Positions 12,760-28,344 of a DNA stretch of 64,000 nucleotides are shown here, piece after piece. The stretch comes from the human T2T-CHM13v2.0 reference genome, Homo sapiens: assembly GCF_009914755.1 (NCBI RefSeq), contig NC_060927.1; one strand, written 5' to 3'. Each line of letters begins with the position of its first letter. The stretch's first letter is position 1. The notes under the pieces were generated by a model, which made no database searches, was not told the origin of the DNA, and saw only the letters and a program-made list of their open reading frames with translations. The translations under genes were made by a program, and so were the position numbers.

Positions 12760-15390
12760 GCAGAAGCAAATACAAATGCCTTAATTAAATAACAGAAGTT
12801 TTCCAAGAAAAATAGTCAAATCATGTATAAAATGAAAGACAAAAACATGGGATCATAAGAAATAATCAAAAGAAATAACAGTGCAAAAATAGACCTGCAT
12901 AATTTTTAATATTAGAATTATCAGGAGTTATGAATAAATTTGTCTGCTATGCTTTAAGAAATAAAATATACAAAAATTGTAAAAATTTATTAGAATATTA
13001 AAATCAAATTAAAGCCAAATAAAATGTCTAGAAAAAAAGTAACAATAACAAATAACATTACAAATAGCTTTTTAACAAGTATATAGACACTGCTGAAAAG
13101 AAAATTAGTGAACTGACAAATAAATCAAATGAAAATATTCCCAATGCAGGGCATAGATATATAATTTTAAAATAAGAAATAGTTATCAATACATATATTT
13201 GTTTTCTGTTGTGGCTATAATAAATTACTACAAATTTAGCAGCTTACAAAATACAAATTTGTTACCTTTTAGTTCTGTAGGTCTGAAGTCCACTACTGGT
13301 CTCACTAGACTAAAATCAAGATGTAGACAGACTGTATTCATTTCTGAAGGTTGTAAAAAAGAATACATTTTATGCTCATTTGAGTTTTGGAAGATTTCAG
13401 TTCCGTTTTTTTTTGTGTGGCTACAAATTAAAGGCCATTCACACATGCTAGATGCCACCCTATTCTCTGGCTCCTGGTCCCCTTCCTACTGTCTCGAAGA
13501 CAATAATTGTGGTTAGTCTTTCTCAAGTTGCATTTCTTTGACACTTTCTTTTTGTTGTTGTCATTTTCTTTCACTTTTAGGGACTAATATAATTAAATTG
13601 GACTCCCCTCGATAACTCAGGATAATCTTTTCATCTCAAGGTTCTTAATCTTAATTGTATCTACAAAGTCCCCTTTCCATGAGAGGTAACTTATTTAGAG
13701 GTTCTGGGGATTCGAATATGGGCATTATTGGGTAATTATTAGTTTGCTATTGCAGCATTAAAAAAAATAGAATTAGAAAGTAGCACATATGTCTAACCAG
13801 CATTTTAGAAAAAGGAGAGAAAATATAAAACCAAAAATATGTGAAGATATAATTGTTGGAAATTTTTTTCAAAATAATAAAATCAACTAATGCACAAAAA
13901 GCTCAGGAAATTTCAAGCAGGATAAATAAATAGAAATTGTCACATGGTCACAGCTAGAATACCAAAGCACACAGAAACATTTTTCGTTTGTTTTAAAGGA
14001 GCCAGAGAAAAAAATTGTGATTACCATCAAATTATTAACACTTGCATTGATAATTGACTTACATATACAAATAATAGAAGTGAGAAGTTGGTGTTGCTAT
14101 ATCTTCAATATACTGACATAAAATTACTGCTGAACTATATTTACACACACATCTAATGGATTCAAAAAGTTTTCATATGCAGAGCAATTATATATATAAA
14201 ATATTTGTATTCACAACAACAAAATTTCAGCCTTTCCCCAAGAATTCTTCAGGTTTATATGGCTTCACTGGTGAATTTTAAATGATATTTAAGAAATAAT
14301 ACCAATCAATAATATCAATCTGACATCAAATCTCTCAGAAAATGCAGGAAGAAAGTAACTCTCAATTTGTTTTATGAAGCTTATATACTCCTGATACTAA
14401 AATGTGACAACTCCCTTACAGGAAAAGAAAAATACTACAAATCAATATTATTCATTCACAAGAATACAAACATTATTTAAAAGTATCAGTAAATTGAATC
14501 CAGCAATGTATAATAAGAAAAATCATCAATACCCATTGAGATGTATCACAGAAACACATTTTAAAACCTACAATGATATATCACGTTATAAAGAAGAAAA
14601 ATTATGTCTCTTCTTAATAGGTACTGAAAGAGTTTTGGGCAACATTTAATACATTTTATAATAGGAATTCATAGAAAACTATGACTCAGAAAGGAACTTT
14701 CTGTTTCTGACAAAAGACATTTATTAAAAAAAAAAAAGTCTATAGCTAACACCAAAATTAAAGGTAAAATATTGAACACTTCCCACTAAGATAGGAAATA
14801 CGGCAAAGATGTCCTATCAAATTATTTAACATTGTATTGGACATTCTAGCCAGAGCATCACTGTAAGAAAAATAAATAAGAACCATAAATATTGTAAAAG
14901 AAAACTAAAATACCTTTATTATGAGATGACAAGAGTAATTTTTTTAGAAAATTCAAAATAATCTACAACCAACAGGTAGAACTAATGAGTGAATTCACCA
15001 ATATTGTAAAATTACAAATATAGAAAAAATAATTATAACTCTACATACTAGAAACAAACAATTGAAAAATAAAGGAATAAATGTTATTATTTATAAAAGT
15101 GTAAAAAACAAAATACTTAGGAATCAGTTTAAGAAAAGATGTGCAAGACTTGTAACCTGAAAATAACAAAATATTTTTGTATAAATTAAAATACTAAATC
15201 AATAAAGAGACATTGCATGTTCGTGGATTAGAAGATTCAATTTTATCAGCAGCTCATTTTTTTTCTAAAAGGATTCAAAGCAATCCTACTCAAAATCCCA
15301 CTGACTTTCTATTACAAACTTGACAAAGTGATTTTTAAATTTACATAGAAATACGAAGAACTTGTAGAGCCAATATCCTCCAAGCAATGA
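12760..15390 (+). mobile_element. Old L1M (L1ME-like) ORF1/ORF2 remnants
   Basis: A-rich degenerate L1 motifs: AAAATTAGTGAACTG, GGCTTCACTGGTGAATTTTA, CATTCTAGCCAGAGCA, TGTTCGTGGATTAGAAGATTCAAT. Confidence 0.6.
13193..13754 (-). mobile_element. MLT1E/MLT1D-like MaLR LTR
   Basis: ATAAATTACTACAAATTTAGCAGCTT...CTAAAATCAAGATGTAG...AGGTTCTGGGGATT. Confidence 0.75.
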
Positions 15391-15461
15391 CTCAGTAGTT
15401 CAGTAAGCAATGATCTTTTGACCAGATCTTCAAAAGAAGCATGTTCTTCCATAGTTGTGAC

Positions 15462-17470
<2,009 letters not shown>

Positions 17471-17474
17471 AAAA

Positions 17475-17900
17475 GAATAAAGCAATGAATTGAGGTAAAT
17501 CTTTACTCCATAATAGCATAAATGAATGAACCACAGCCACACAAACAGTGTGGAAGAATGGCCAGACATAATGTTGATTAAAAGAAATGATTACAAACAA
17601 AAAGACTGTAAAAATGATTATATAAAAATATGGTTTGGTAGGAGACAGTGGGATGTAATAGGAGGTCCCCTGAAACCAGAGATCGTTCTTGAATATCTGA
17701 AAATACAGCCTAAAGTCCTTCAAGGTCTTTTCAATGCTATACATATGATAGAAACACAGGGCAGATGAAGTTCTCTAAGGTAATGACAATGTTAACTTTT
17801 ATCTTGTGAGGTAGTTACACAATTCTTTACTTATAATTGTTCATTAAATTGTGCATAGTTGTATAAACATCAGTATTTTGCTGTATTTCACAATAAAATT
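17475..17900 (+). mobile_element. L1ME-like 3'UTR fragment
   Basis: CATAATGTTGATTAAAAGAA...; ends GTATTTCACAATAAAA. Confidence 0.5.
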
Positions 17901-18092
17901 TCATAAAAATGAATGAGCGGCTGCATGAATCAATAAACACATAATATAATAAATGTACAGTGGGCTAGTCAAGCATATGAATTTTATTTTCTTTTTCTGA
18001 ACAAAATTTCAAAAGTGAAAGCCATGTCACAAGCTTTTTGCACTCCCCCATTGCTTCCAGGTTCGATTAGAATACAATATGTATTAAGGAGA

Positions 18093-18193
18093 GATGGAGT
18101 GCTACATGTTTAATAACTGGTTCTCCATGCAGTGAAGAAAAAGACCTCATTTGCAACATTGGCCAATCCTGTTGGGTAAATAATTCTACCATG
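18093..18193 (-). mobile_element. MER63-like hAT transposon fragment
   Basis: GTGCTACATGTTTAATAACTGGTTCTCC...GTAAATAATTCTACCATG resembles the MER63 terminus. Confidence 0.5.
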
Positions 18194-18529
18194 TATAGAA
18201 TATTCATGATATATAGAACATATTCAATAAACATTATTTGTGTATGTTAAGCATCAAATATCTCATATTTAGAGAGCGAAAGCCAACAAGAAAAATCAGT
18301 GCTTGCAGTTAGTTCTACCTATAAAGTATTTTATCAATAACTTTAGAAGCACATTTTGCATATCAAAATCAATAGATTAGCCATCACTCTTAGTGTCTGC
18401 ATGATGTCACCAAGTACAAGTCAATCATTAATTTTAGTCCAAATTGGATATTTTCTACCCATCTATAGCAACTCAGAAGAAGAAAATGATCTCATATGTA
18501 CTAAGTCTATGTCTTGAGATGTCTGGATT

Positions 18530-18696
18530 CTGTCACTTCTTACTTGCTTCTCAGACTGCCACAATAAGTACCACAGGCTGGATGCCTTCAACAACATCAA
18601 TTTATTTTCTCACAGCTTTGGAGGCCAGAAGTCCAAGATTAAGGTACTGGCAAATTCAGTTTCTGGTGAGGTCTTTCTTTCTGGCTTGCAGATAGT

Positions 18697-18740
<44 letters not shown>

Positions 18741-18953
18741 TTCACAAAGCCTTTCCTCTGTAGTTGGGGAGAGGGAGATGTCTGGTGTAACTTCCTCTTC
18801 TTATAAGAACACCAGTCCTATCAAGTAGGGATCTACCTTTATGATTTCATTTAACATTAATTCTCTCCCCCAAAGCCTTATGTCCAAGTACAGTCACACG
18901 GGGGCTTAGGGCTTCAACATAAGAATTTTAAGGATTAAGATTCAGTCTGTAAT
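18530..18953 (-). mobile_element. MLT1A0-like MaLR LTR
   Basis: AAGTACCACAGGCTGG...GAAGTCCAAGATTAAGG...TTAGGGCTTCAACATAAGAATTT. Confidence 0.8.
18700..18739. repeat. (GT)20 microsatellite
   Basis: Perfect dinucleotide run inside the MLT1A LTR. Confidence 0.97.
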
Positions 18954-20405
18954 ACTTGCATAGTAAATTTCCCATAGAAAGATACATGCTCTCAAAGATA
19001 TCAGTGATGATGTGTGTTATTGTGCAAATACTCAAGAGTGAGGTTTGAGTATTTGAAGCACAGTTAGGCAATACATAAAATGTGTTTTTGCCCTAGTATA
19101 AATGTTTAATGTTTAAAGTAGTCTTAAGTGCCATATAGATATTTCTTTATAGAATTATTTTTATTTTTCCTCTGGAAATCGCAGAAAAAAATTTAATTTA
19201 GACAAAACAAAATAAGACATTTTCTGAGGTCTTCGAAAAATTTAAAAATGCTTCATAATGTGACATTAAGTATAAAATTCAAAAGCAAAGAGGTTAAATT
19301 TTAAATATGTTTTTCATTAAAAGCCTCAGAAAATATATTCTTTAAATTATTAATGAACAAATTAACCTATTATCATCTAGAAGGTGAAAAGCCCTCAACA
19401 GTACTAAGGGATTGTTTTTCTTAGTAATAAAATTCTTGTCTCCTAAATAAAAATTTAAGGGACAGATAATCACCATTCTGAAATACTAAACAGAAATTTT
19501 AATGCATTAATCTATTAAATAGAAACATGGAGACATGATGGCCCAATGCCCTATAGAAATGCCTTGGTTCTATGAATTGGTTTATTTTCTTTACAGCCCA
19601 AGATAATGTACTATTTTTTTCAAATGGTTGTTTGGATCAGTGATCCAAATCTCCATATTTTAAAGTATAGATCTTTAGCAGAGTATGTAATCCCAAATTA
19701 AATTTAAAAATTAAAGAAAAAATCAGCTTTAATATATTTTCAGTATCTAACTCTGACATCCCACTACTCCCTGGAAGCCAAAAGGTAATCACATTTTCCC
19801 TAGATGAGTGAAGTACTGTCAAATCAGATCAACTACCTTTAAGTGAGCCGAAACCACCAAGATTAAATGAAAACACGATTTCATTATTCATCACAACTTG
19901 GGAACGTGGCTAAAATCACTTGTTTGGTCTTGAATGGACAGTGGGCTGCCACATTATTTATCTGAGCCACCTGATTTTTCGCTTTTCATCCAAACTGTTT
20001 GGTGTTGTGCAGAAAAACCTATCCCACTCAGGTACAGACCAATCTACTGAAGCTGTAAGCTAGCTTTTATAAATTTAAACAGGTAAATTGATTGATTCAA
20101 GTAGGAAAAGAAAAGTCAATTTAGGGTTCAAGTTATCTGCCCTGGATGATCCGAATAAGAGGATAATAGCCACATCGTCATTTCACACAGAGTAATAGGA
20201 ACAAAGCTAGTGTATAGGATTTCACTGCCCAAAGTGGGGATTTAAAATCACCTGAGTAATTTATAGTGTTGATATTCTGTCTGAACAACAGAAACCAAAC
20301 AAGATTACGTAGTATGTCTTTTGCTCACCTGAAGTGCCTCAATTGGTGTAGTTATACACATCTGGGAGATTTGAAGTAAAATTAATTTATACTTGTAGAA
20401 TTTTA

Positions 20406-20859
20406 TGTCAAGAATGCCGTTCTTGCTACATCCCATTCCCCTTTTCCAGTCAGTGCACCCATTTTCCCAGAAACTGGGAGTCTTGGTCAACAATGGCTTG
20501 CAACTGCTGCCTTCTGTAGAAAAGTGTTGTAGCCAAACTGGAGTCATTTCCCCTGGAAGCTATGGCTTTCTAACCCATCTCCTAACCACCTTGACCAGTG
20601 GCTGCCTGTTAAGAGGTTATAAGACACATTTCTTTACCTCAGGATGGACTACCTCTGTGGTACGTTTTGTGCTCCAGAGCTTTTCTCTGAGATCAGACTG
20701 CAGCTGGTTCTTCAGTGGGGACACGAATTTAAGTTAGCGTTTCTACTATACCCTATCATACTTCCTATATTTCTGTTGATCGAGAGCACTCCCCCAATTT
20801 ATCATTTGGAGATGATCTCACATCCTGGGCTCTGCTTTTGGATAAACTGATGTAAAATA
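20406..20859 (+). mobile_element. LTR16C-like 5' LTR of a HERV16/ERVL provirus
   Basis: CAGTGCACCCATTTTCCCAG...CTCTGTGGTACG...GCTCCAGAGC...GAGAGCACTCCCCCAAT...GGCTCTGCTTTTGG. Confidence 0.75.
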
Positions 20860-21469
20860 GGTGGTAATAGAAGTCATCATAGGAAGCAGCCTTTTAAGAA
20901 TGTAGGTCTTTAGTCAGATTATTCACCACCTGGGTGGTAAAGAGGACCACCGCCCCCCCATTACTGTGGTAGATAGATATATTGATAGCATCTGGCATGT
21001 TATACTGCTGATATTGCTAAAACTTTCAAACGTGATAAACTGGGAAGAGATACAGGTGAAAAGAAAAGCACTAGTTAATGCAATATCTTGGGTATTTCAC
21101 AGATCTAGGGGATATAACAACTGTAAGGACTATGGCATTGACTGTTGCTGAATACCGTTGATGTCTTTAAAAGAGAAAATGTAGTTTAAATCTGTTCAAC
21201 TATTTAAAGCAACATGTATGAGTTATTGTCTTCTTTGCAATACTTAAAGAGAGTCTTATCTCCTGCCTTTGAAGGCCAGATGCACCTAAATATCAATCAC
21301 AAAACTTAATTCTAAGTGTGCCAAAACTTTAGAGAATGCAGAATTCATATGGCGATCAAATCTTCTATGCCAAAATAAGAACTCTGATAGAAATGAAGTG
21401 GAATTCTGAGACATGAGATGGGGATTACAGGATGTATCCCAGGCATTTAATTATGAGATGCTAATTTGG

Positions 21470-21803
21470 CATAATTACTATAAAAAGGGTTGAAATGTGA
21501 GCTCAGGAGAAGTCAATCAGAGGAGAAAACAATGTGATGATGGAAGCAACATCTGCAGTGATTCACTCTGAAGATAGAGGGAGGAACCACAAGCCACACT
21601 GGCCACTAGAATCTGTAAAAGACAAGGAAACAGATTTCTTTCCTAGAACCTCCAGAAAGAAGCAGACCTCATGTCAGTTTAATTTTATCCCAGTGAAACA
21701 TATTACGTACTTCTGACCTCCAAAACTGTAAGATAACAAATTTGCATTGCTTTAGGCCTCTAATTGTGTTGTCACTTGCTACAGCAGCAACAGGAATCTA
21801 ATA
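21470..21803 (+). mobile_element. MLT1D-like LTR 3' part nested in HERV16
   Basis: AAGGAAACAGATTTCTTTCCTAGAACCTCCAGAAAG...CTGACCTCCAAAACTGTAAGATAA...GCAGCAACAGGAATCTAATA. Confidence 0.75.
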
Positions 21804-22057
21804 TGGGTAACATGGAATCCTAGCCTAGGTTTTTCTTATTTTGGGTATACTGGCTCCATGGCCTCAACTAGTAGTCATTTATATTTGCCTTCAAATTTTT
21901 ATTTCTATTTCCTAATTTATATTTGGTATGGACATACTTACCAGTGAGCAGAACCCTCACATTAGTCCCTTGGCTTGTTAAATATAAAATATAATGGTAA
22001 AAAAGGCTAAGTGGTATCAAGTAAAAACTCATTACCATTACCACCAATGAAGAACAT

Positions 22058-22377
22058 AAAATACTCCCTCAATATCCACTGGGGGTAGTTTCTAGAACCC
22101 CTGATGGATACCAGAAGTCGTGAATAATTGAATCCTTTATATAAAATGGCATAATATTTTCATATCACCTATGCACATCCTTGTGTATATTTTAGATCAT
22201 CTCTAAATTAGTTATAATACATAATACAATGTAAATACTATGTAAAGAGTTATAGCCACTTATTTTTATTTTTTATTATTGTATTGATATTTTTATTGTT
22301 TTTTCTTTTAAAAAATTTTCAAGTTGAGGTTGATTGAATCCATGAATGCAGAAGCCAGGGATATGGAGGGCCAACTG
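22058..22377 (+). mobile_element. MER2 (Tigger-family MITE)
   Basis: CCTATGCACATCC core; ends GGATATGGAGGGCCAACTG. Confidence 0.85.
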
Positions 22378-23935
22378 TGTATGTCAAAACTAGTATTGCA
22401 TTTTGGAGGATATGGTAGAGATGCAATTCTCAAAGAATTATAAGAAGCAGAGATGGTGTTCTCCATCATATTCCCCATTCTATTAACCTGTCTGACTCCT
22501 ACAAAATTGTATTAATCCTAATAAATGACAGTGGTCTACTGCAAACTTTAACCAAGTAGCGATGCCAATTGGAGCTATTACACAAGATGTAGTATTTTTG
22601 AAAGAGTGAAACAACCCAAACTCAAATATGTTAAAGGAATATGTGACTATTAATCTGGTGAATGCATTCTTTTCTATACCCATCAGGATCAAAAGTAGTT
22701 TGTGTTCATACGGGATGAACTACAATACACATTCACTGTCTGGTCCCATGGATATAATAATTCTCCCTTTCTTTGCTGTAGTATAGTCAGAAGAGACTTG
22801 GACCATTGGGATATTCTAAAAAATAAATCACATTTTCCCCTTTGTTGATGGTATCTTATAAGTCAATTTTGATGAATAAAAGCAGAAAGTTTTCTGGATT
22901 CCTTGGTAAAACACATGCACCCCATTGAATGGGAAATAAAACTATAGAGTTTCTGACCCTACCACATTAATAGAGTTTTTAGGGGTGGTCTAGTGTTCCG
23001 GAATATACCAGAAAATTAGAAGACATTTTATTGCACCTTGCAACACCTATCACTAAGAAAGTCCCCTGGGTTTTGGAGGCGTCATATCCTCTACTTGCAA
23101 CTACCATTCAGATAAATTTGTTGGATGATGTGTATGACTCCTAGTTTTGAGTAACATCCAGAACAAGAAAGAACTCTAAAGTAGGTTCAGACTGCAGTAG
23201 AAGCAAGCCTGATTGGCCCATATCACTTGGAGAATCCCAAGATATTAGAGATAACTGTGTTAGAGAAACACAGTTTGCTTCTGCCAAACCCCAGTAAAAG
23301 TTACAGTGCAGAACTCTAAAGTTCTATAGCATGGTGAAACTGTTCTTATCAGAGACTATAGGTTATTCAAACAACCAGCATGCTACTGAGATCAGATATG
23401 TATGGAGCATTTCATAATGTAATACCGTACGGTCATGGAACCAGAACTGTTCTGAATCAGCTAAATACCATTATATGCACCAAGATTCAGCAGCAATCTG
23501 TTCTAAAATAGAAGTAGAAAATTTGAGATTCACCTGAATAGATACAGTAGGCACAATATGCTACATAAACATGGGACTCTCATAGATTCCACGTCACCTT
23601 TTCCTATTGCATATATCTCTCTTCTTCCATTCAGAACAATGGCCTCATGGAGGATTCACTAGGATTAGCTACCAGAGGAAAAAAAATCTGTGTTTAGTTA
23701 AGACACATATCTGCTTTGTATGTAAACACAATATAAAAATGGAAGACCTGATTGCCTAACAACCATATTCAGAGATAACCCAGAAAGGTAGTAGTGAGAA
23801 GAAATTAAAATTATTCTCCCACTAAGCATTGGCAGAACATCTTGTCATTCTCTTTGTATGAAGAGAGAAGCAGCCCATAATATGAAAAGAGACTTCCCTT
23901 TTCTGGCTAGCAATGTACTTTTCTTTTGCTACATC

Positions 23936-24177
23936 TCAGCCTTTTGATGACTGACAATAGGGTTAATAAGACAGGCCTCCTCGCTTTAAGATGAGACTAA
24001 ATCTATGATGAAATTTATGCTCCAGATAGTCCTGTGAGGTCACCCAGAAACTGATCTCTGAGACCATACCCTAGCTTTTCCCCCTATCTTATCTTGCTCC
24101 CCACATTTTCCTTTTGAAACCACATAAACAGAAATTTCTTTTCTCAGGCTCTGCTTCCAGAGAACCCAATCAAGACA
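23936..24177 (+). mobile_element. LTR16C-like 3' LTR (3' half)
   Basis: ATGCTCCAGA...TCTCAGGCTCTGCTTCCAGAGAACCCAATCAAGACA, homologous to 20600-20859. Confidence 0.7.
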
Positions 24178-25906
24178 TTATAATTCTGAAACACATTGAT
24201 GATGGCATTTATTATGTGATTATAAAACTCTCCCCTTACTACTTGTAAAAAATCTACTACCTATAACAATAAAAGCACAATAACATTGAGTAATATATAT
24301 ACATCAATATTATAACTAGACTTAACTATAATATAAATAATATATTATAATTAGTAGTTATAATCTTATATAAATAATCTAAAAAAATGCTGTCCATTCT
24401 GTCTTTTGCAGTTTAGAGAAAATGCTTCAACATCCTATTTCTGTTATGGCTTTCTACAACCCCAAAGTGATTCAAAAATTAAAATGGTAGAGCCAGAGAA
24501 CTGATATTTCAGTAAGATCTCAATATATTTTTCTAAATGGAAAACATCAACATTTAAAAAGTCAAATAAGTTTGTCTGGTATCTCTTACTTTCTGTGTGA
24601 ACCGCCTAGTTGGCAAATAAACACAAATTAGGAAAAATGAAGATAAAATCAAGTGTGAAAGTTCTTTATAAAGAATTGATGACTATGCTTACATCAAATC
24701 TACTTTACTAAAATAACCTTAATGAAACCAGTCATTTTTTTTTGACTCCACAATGTGCAAAACTGTATGAGGAGGTGAGCCCGAAAATTAATTCATTTTC
24801 ATATACCAAGTATTTTATTCACACAAGGGTACAAATGTAAATTAAATCATATAAATAATAACAATCAGTGTTTTGTAAATCAGTTCACTTTCTACTCAGT
24901 GTTTTGTAAATCTTCAGCCTAAGAAGAAGAAAATAAGTAAGTTTTCATTTTAAAAAATATTTCCAGTGAAAGAAAATATGCTTCACTGCCTTATTTTGAG
25001 TTGGATGAATGAGCAACACCACTGGAATATCAAAGGCCTACAAATAAATGGATAACAGCAACTAACCCTATATTTATTTGTGGCTTTTGACACATAATAA
25101 AGACCTTATGTTTTCCCATTCCAATAAATATGGATGTTCAAAATTATCAGAGATTAACCAGTTACTTTGTCAAAGATCACTCTAGAAATAATGTCTATCC
25201 TTAACCTTTGGCTCTCTCGCTTCTGCATTCAGTACATTATTCAAACTCTATTCTCAAAATCACTGACACCTTTCTAATCACCAAATTCCATGAATCTTCC
25301 AGAGAGCTAAAATTTTAGAGTACATTAAATTGAAATATTTCTTTGTGTTTACACTACCAATAATATCTAATAAATACTAAGACTGTACATATAAACTTCC
25401 CCAACTACTAATATCTTCTGTACATGTCAGAATGAACGATATAGCCAAAAGATACCTATAAATAAGTGTATCATCTTTAATATCTAAATACAAAAGAAAA
25501 ACGCGATTTTTTTAAGGTCTCAGGAGAAGTTAACATCTGTTTTCTTTGAGGATCAGGTATTTTAAATTTTTTTTATTAGTTTTCTCTTTGCTTGTTGTTT
25601 CTTTTTTTATGCAATCAATGTTAGGTTGTCATCAGTTTAAAATAAAGAATTGTAAGATAGTACTTGGAAGCCTCATAGTACCAATAGAAAATCATACAAC
25701 AACACAAAAAATAAAAAGCAAGAAGTTAAAAATACAACCAGAGAAATCACCTTACTAAAAGGAAGACAGGAAGGAAGGAAAGAAGGACAAAAAGACCACA
25801 AAACAACCAGAAAGCAGATAACAAAATGGCAGGCCTAAGTCTTTACTTATTAATAATAACATTGAATGAAAATAGACAAAACTGTCCAATCAAAAGACAT
25901 AGAGTG

Positions 25907-26220
25907 GGCTGGGTGCAGTGGCTCACACCTGTAATCCCAGCATTTTGGGAGGCCGAGGCAGGTGCATCACCTGAGGTCAGGAGTTCATGACCAGCCTTGT
26001 CAATATGGTGAAACCATTTATCTACTAAAAGTACAAAAATTAGCTGGGCATGGTGATGCTCACCTGTAGTCCTAGCTACTTTTGGAGGCTGAAGCAGGAG
26101 AATCACTTGGACCAGGGAGGCAAAGGTTTGCAGTGAGCCAAGATCATACCATTGGACTCCAGCCTGGATGACAGAGTGAGACTCTGTCTGCAAAAACAAA
26201 ACAAACAAACAAACAAACAG
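25907..26220 (+). mobile_element. AluS with (CAAA)n tail
   Basis: Full dimer; TSD core GACATAGAGT at 25896-25905 and 26225-26234. Confidence 0.95.
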
Positions 26221-26626
26221 AAAGGACATAGAGTAGCTGAATGGATAAAAATAAAAAACAAGACCCATTGCTCTTTTGCCTACAAGAAAATACTTCACCT
26301 ATAAAGATACCCAGAGACTGAAAATAAAGGGATGTAAAAAGATATTCCATGCAAATAAAAACCAAAAGAAAAGAGGAAGAATAGCTACAATTATATCAGT
26401 AAAATATATTTCAGGGGAAAAAATACTATAAAAAGAGAGAGTGTCATTATATAATGATAAAGAAATCAATTCATTCAGCAATAGGATATAACAATTGTGA
26501 ATATGTGTGTACCCAACATTGGAGCACTCAAATATATAAAGCAAATATTATTAGAGTTAAAGAAAGAGATAGACCCCAATAAAATAATAGCTGGAGAACT
26601 CAACAGCCACTTCAAGCATTGGAGAG

Positions 26627-27716
26627 TGTTGCAGGAAATCAGGGACCCCAAACGGAGGGACCTGCTGAAGCCGTGACAGAAGAAAATAAATTGTGAAGAT
26701 TTCATGGACATTTGTTTGTTCCCCAAATTAATACTTTTATAATTTCTTACACCTGTCTTTACTGCAATCTCTGAACATAAATTGTGAAGATTTCATGGAC
26801 ATTTATCACTTCCCCAATCAATACCCTTATAATTTCCTATGCCTGTCTTTACTTTAATCTCTTAATCCCATCATCTTCATAAACTGAGGATGTATGCCGC
26901 CTCAGGACCCTGTGATGATTGTGTTAACTGCACAAGTTGTTCGGAAAGCACCTGTGTTTGAACAATATGAAATCTGGGCACCTTGAAAAAAGAACAAGAT
27001 AACAGAGATGTTCAGGGGACAAGGGAGATAACCATTAGGTCTGATTGCCTGGGAGCCAGGCAGCACAGAGCCATATTTCTCTTATTACCGAAGATGGGTA
27101 AGAGAAATATCGCTGAATTCTTTCCCCAGTAAAGAATATTAATAATTAAGAGTGCTGGGAAAAGAATGCATTCCCGGGGGGGCCTCTAAAATGGCCGATC
27201 TGGGGGTGTTTGCCTTATGCAGTTGCAGATAAGGGATGAAACACGCCCTGGCCTCCTGCAGCACCCCCAGGCTTATTAGGATTAGGAAATTCCTGCCTAG
27301 TAAATTTTAGTCAGACCAGTTGTCTGCTCTCAAACCCTGTTTCCTGATGTTCATCAATGACAATGCGTGCACAGCAGGACAGGGAACCTCATTATTAATT
27401 CTAGTTTCTCCCTGGCCTTGTGAACTTGCCCTGACCATTTGCCTTGTGATATTTTGTTGCCCTTAAAGTATGTGATCTCTCTGACCCACACGCTATTCAT
27501 ATACTCCCTCCCTTTTGAAAATTGCTAATAAAAACTTGCTGGCTTTGAGGCTCAGGAGGCATCACAGAACCTGCTGACATGTGATGTCTCCCCTGGACAC
27601 CCAGCTTTAAAATTTCTCTCTTTTATACTTTTTCCCTTTATTTCTTAGACCAGCCGACACTTAGGGAAAATAGAAAAGAACCTATGTTGAAATATCAGGG
27701 GCAGGTTCCCCCGATA
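26627..27716 (+). mobile_element. MER11 (HERV-K11/HML-8) solo LTR, 1090 bp
   Basis: TGTTGCAGGAAATCAGGGACCCCAAACGGAGGGACC start and GGTTCCCCCGATA end; exact 6-bp TSD GGAGAG at 26621-26626 and 27717-27722; AATAAA near 27527. Confidence 0.93.
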
Positions 27717-28344
27717 GGAGAGATCATCCAGAGAGAAAATAAAGAAACATCATACTTACTCTGCGTTGTAGACCAAATGGATCTAACCAGTATTTATAGA
27801 ACATTTCATCCAATGGCGGCAAAATACACATTCTTCTCTTCAGCACGTGGATCATTCTTAAGGACAGACCATTTTTTAAGGCAAAACGAGTCTTAAAAAA
27901 TTCAAAACAAATGAAATTCTATCTATCTTCTCTTAACGCAATGGAATAAAACTATAAATCAATAACAAGAGGGATTTTGGAAGCATTAGAAACACATAGA
28001 AATTTAATAATATGCTCCTGAATAAACAGTGGGTCAATGAAGAAATTGAGAAGGAAATTTAAAAATTTCCCAAAGCAAATGATAATGTAAATACAATATA
28101 TTAAAACCTATGGGATACAGTGAAAGCAGTAGTAAGAGGAAAGTTTATAGCTATAAACACCTATAGAAAAAAGTAGAAAAACTTCAAATAAATAACCTAA
28201 TAATTCATTTTAAGAATCTAGAAAAGCAAGAGAAAATCATACCCAAAATTTGTAGAAGAAAAGAAATAATAAAGATCAAAGCAGAAATAAATGAAATTGA
28301 AACAAATATAAAAACACAAAATACAAAATCAAATAAAAAGTTGG

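Larger units (their letters stand above)
20860..23900 (+). mobile_element. HERV16/ERVL internal region (gag and pol remnants, internally deleted)
   Basis: Starts GGTGGTAATAGAAGTCATCATAGGAAGCAG directly after the LTR; RT motif remnants INLVNAFFSIP (22649-22681), QYTFTVWSHGY (from 22723), FVDGI (22841-22855). Confidence 0.75.

Noticed and set aside
19580-19790. Possible exon (TTTATTTTCTTTACAG acceptor, AAG/GTAATC donor); similar acceptors near 35388 and 60328
   Set aside because: Splice-like motifs are frequent by chance in AT-rich DNA; no ORF or other support is visible
25843-26298. 151-aa ORF and similar ORFs (16000-16446, 28422-28796, 51111-51443, 57913-58126)
   Set aside because: Antisense Alu translations ([12 protein letters not shown]-type), not genes
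26686-26804. Direct repeat ATAAATTGTGAAGATTTCATGGACATTT with 91-bp period, superficially CRISPR-like
   Set aside because: Only two units, the inter-repeat sequences are themselves homologous, and it is an intrinsic feature of the MER11 LTR
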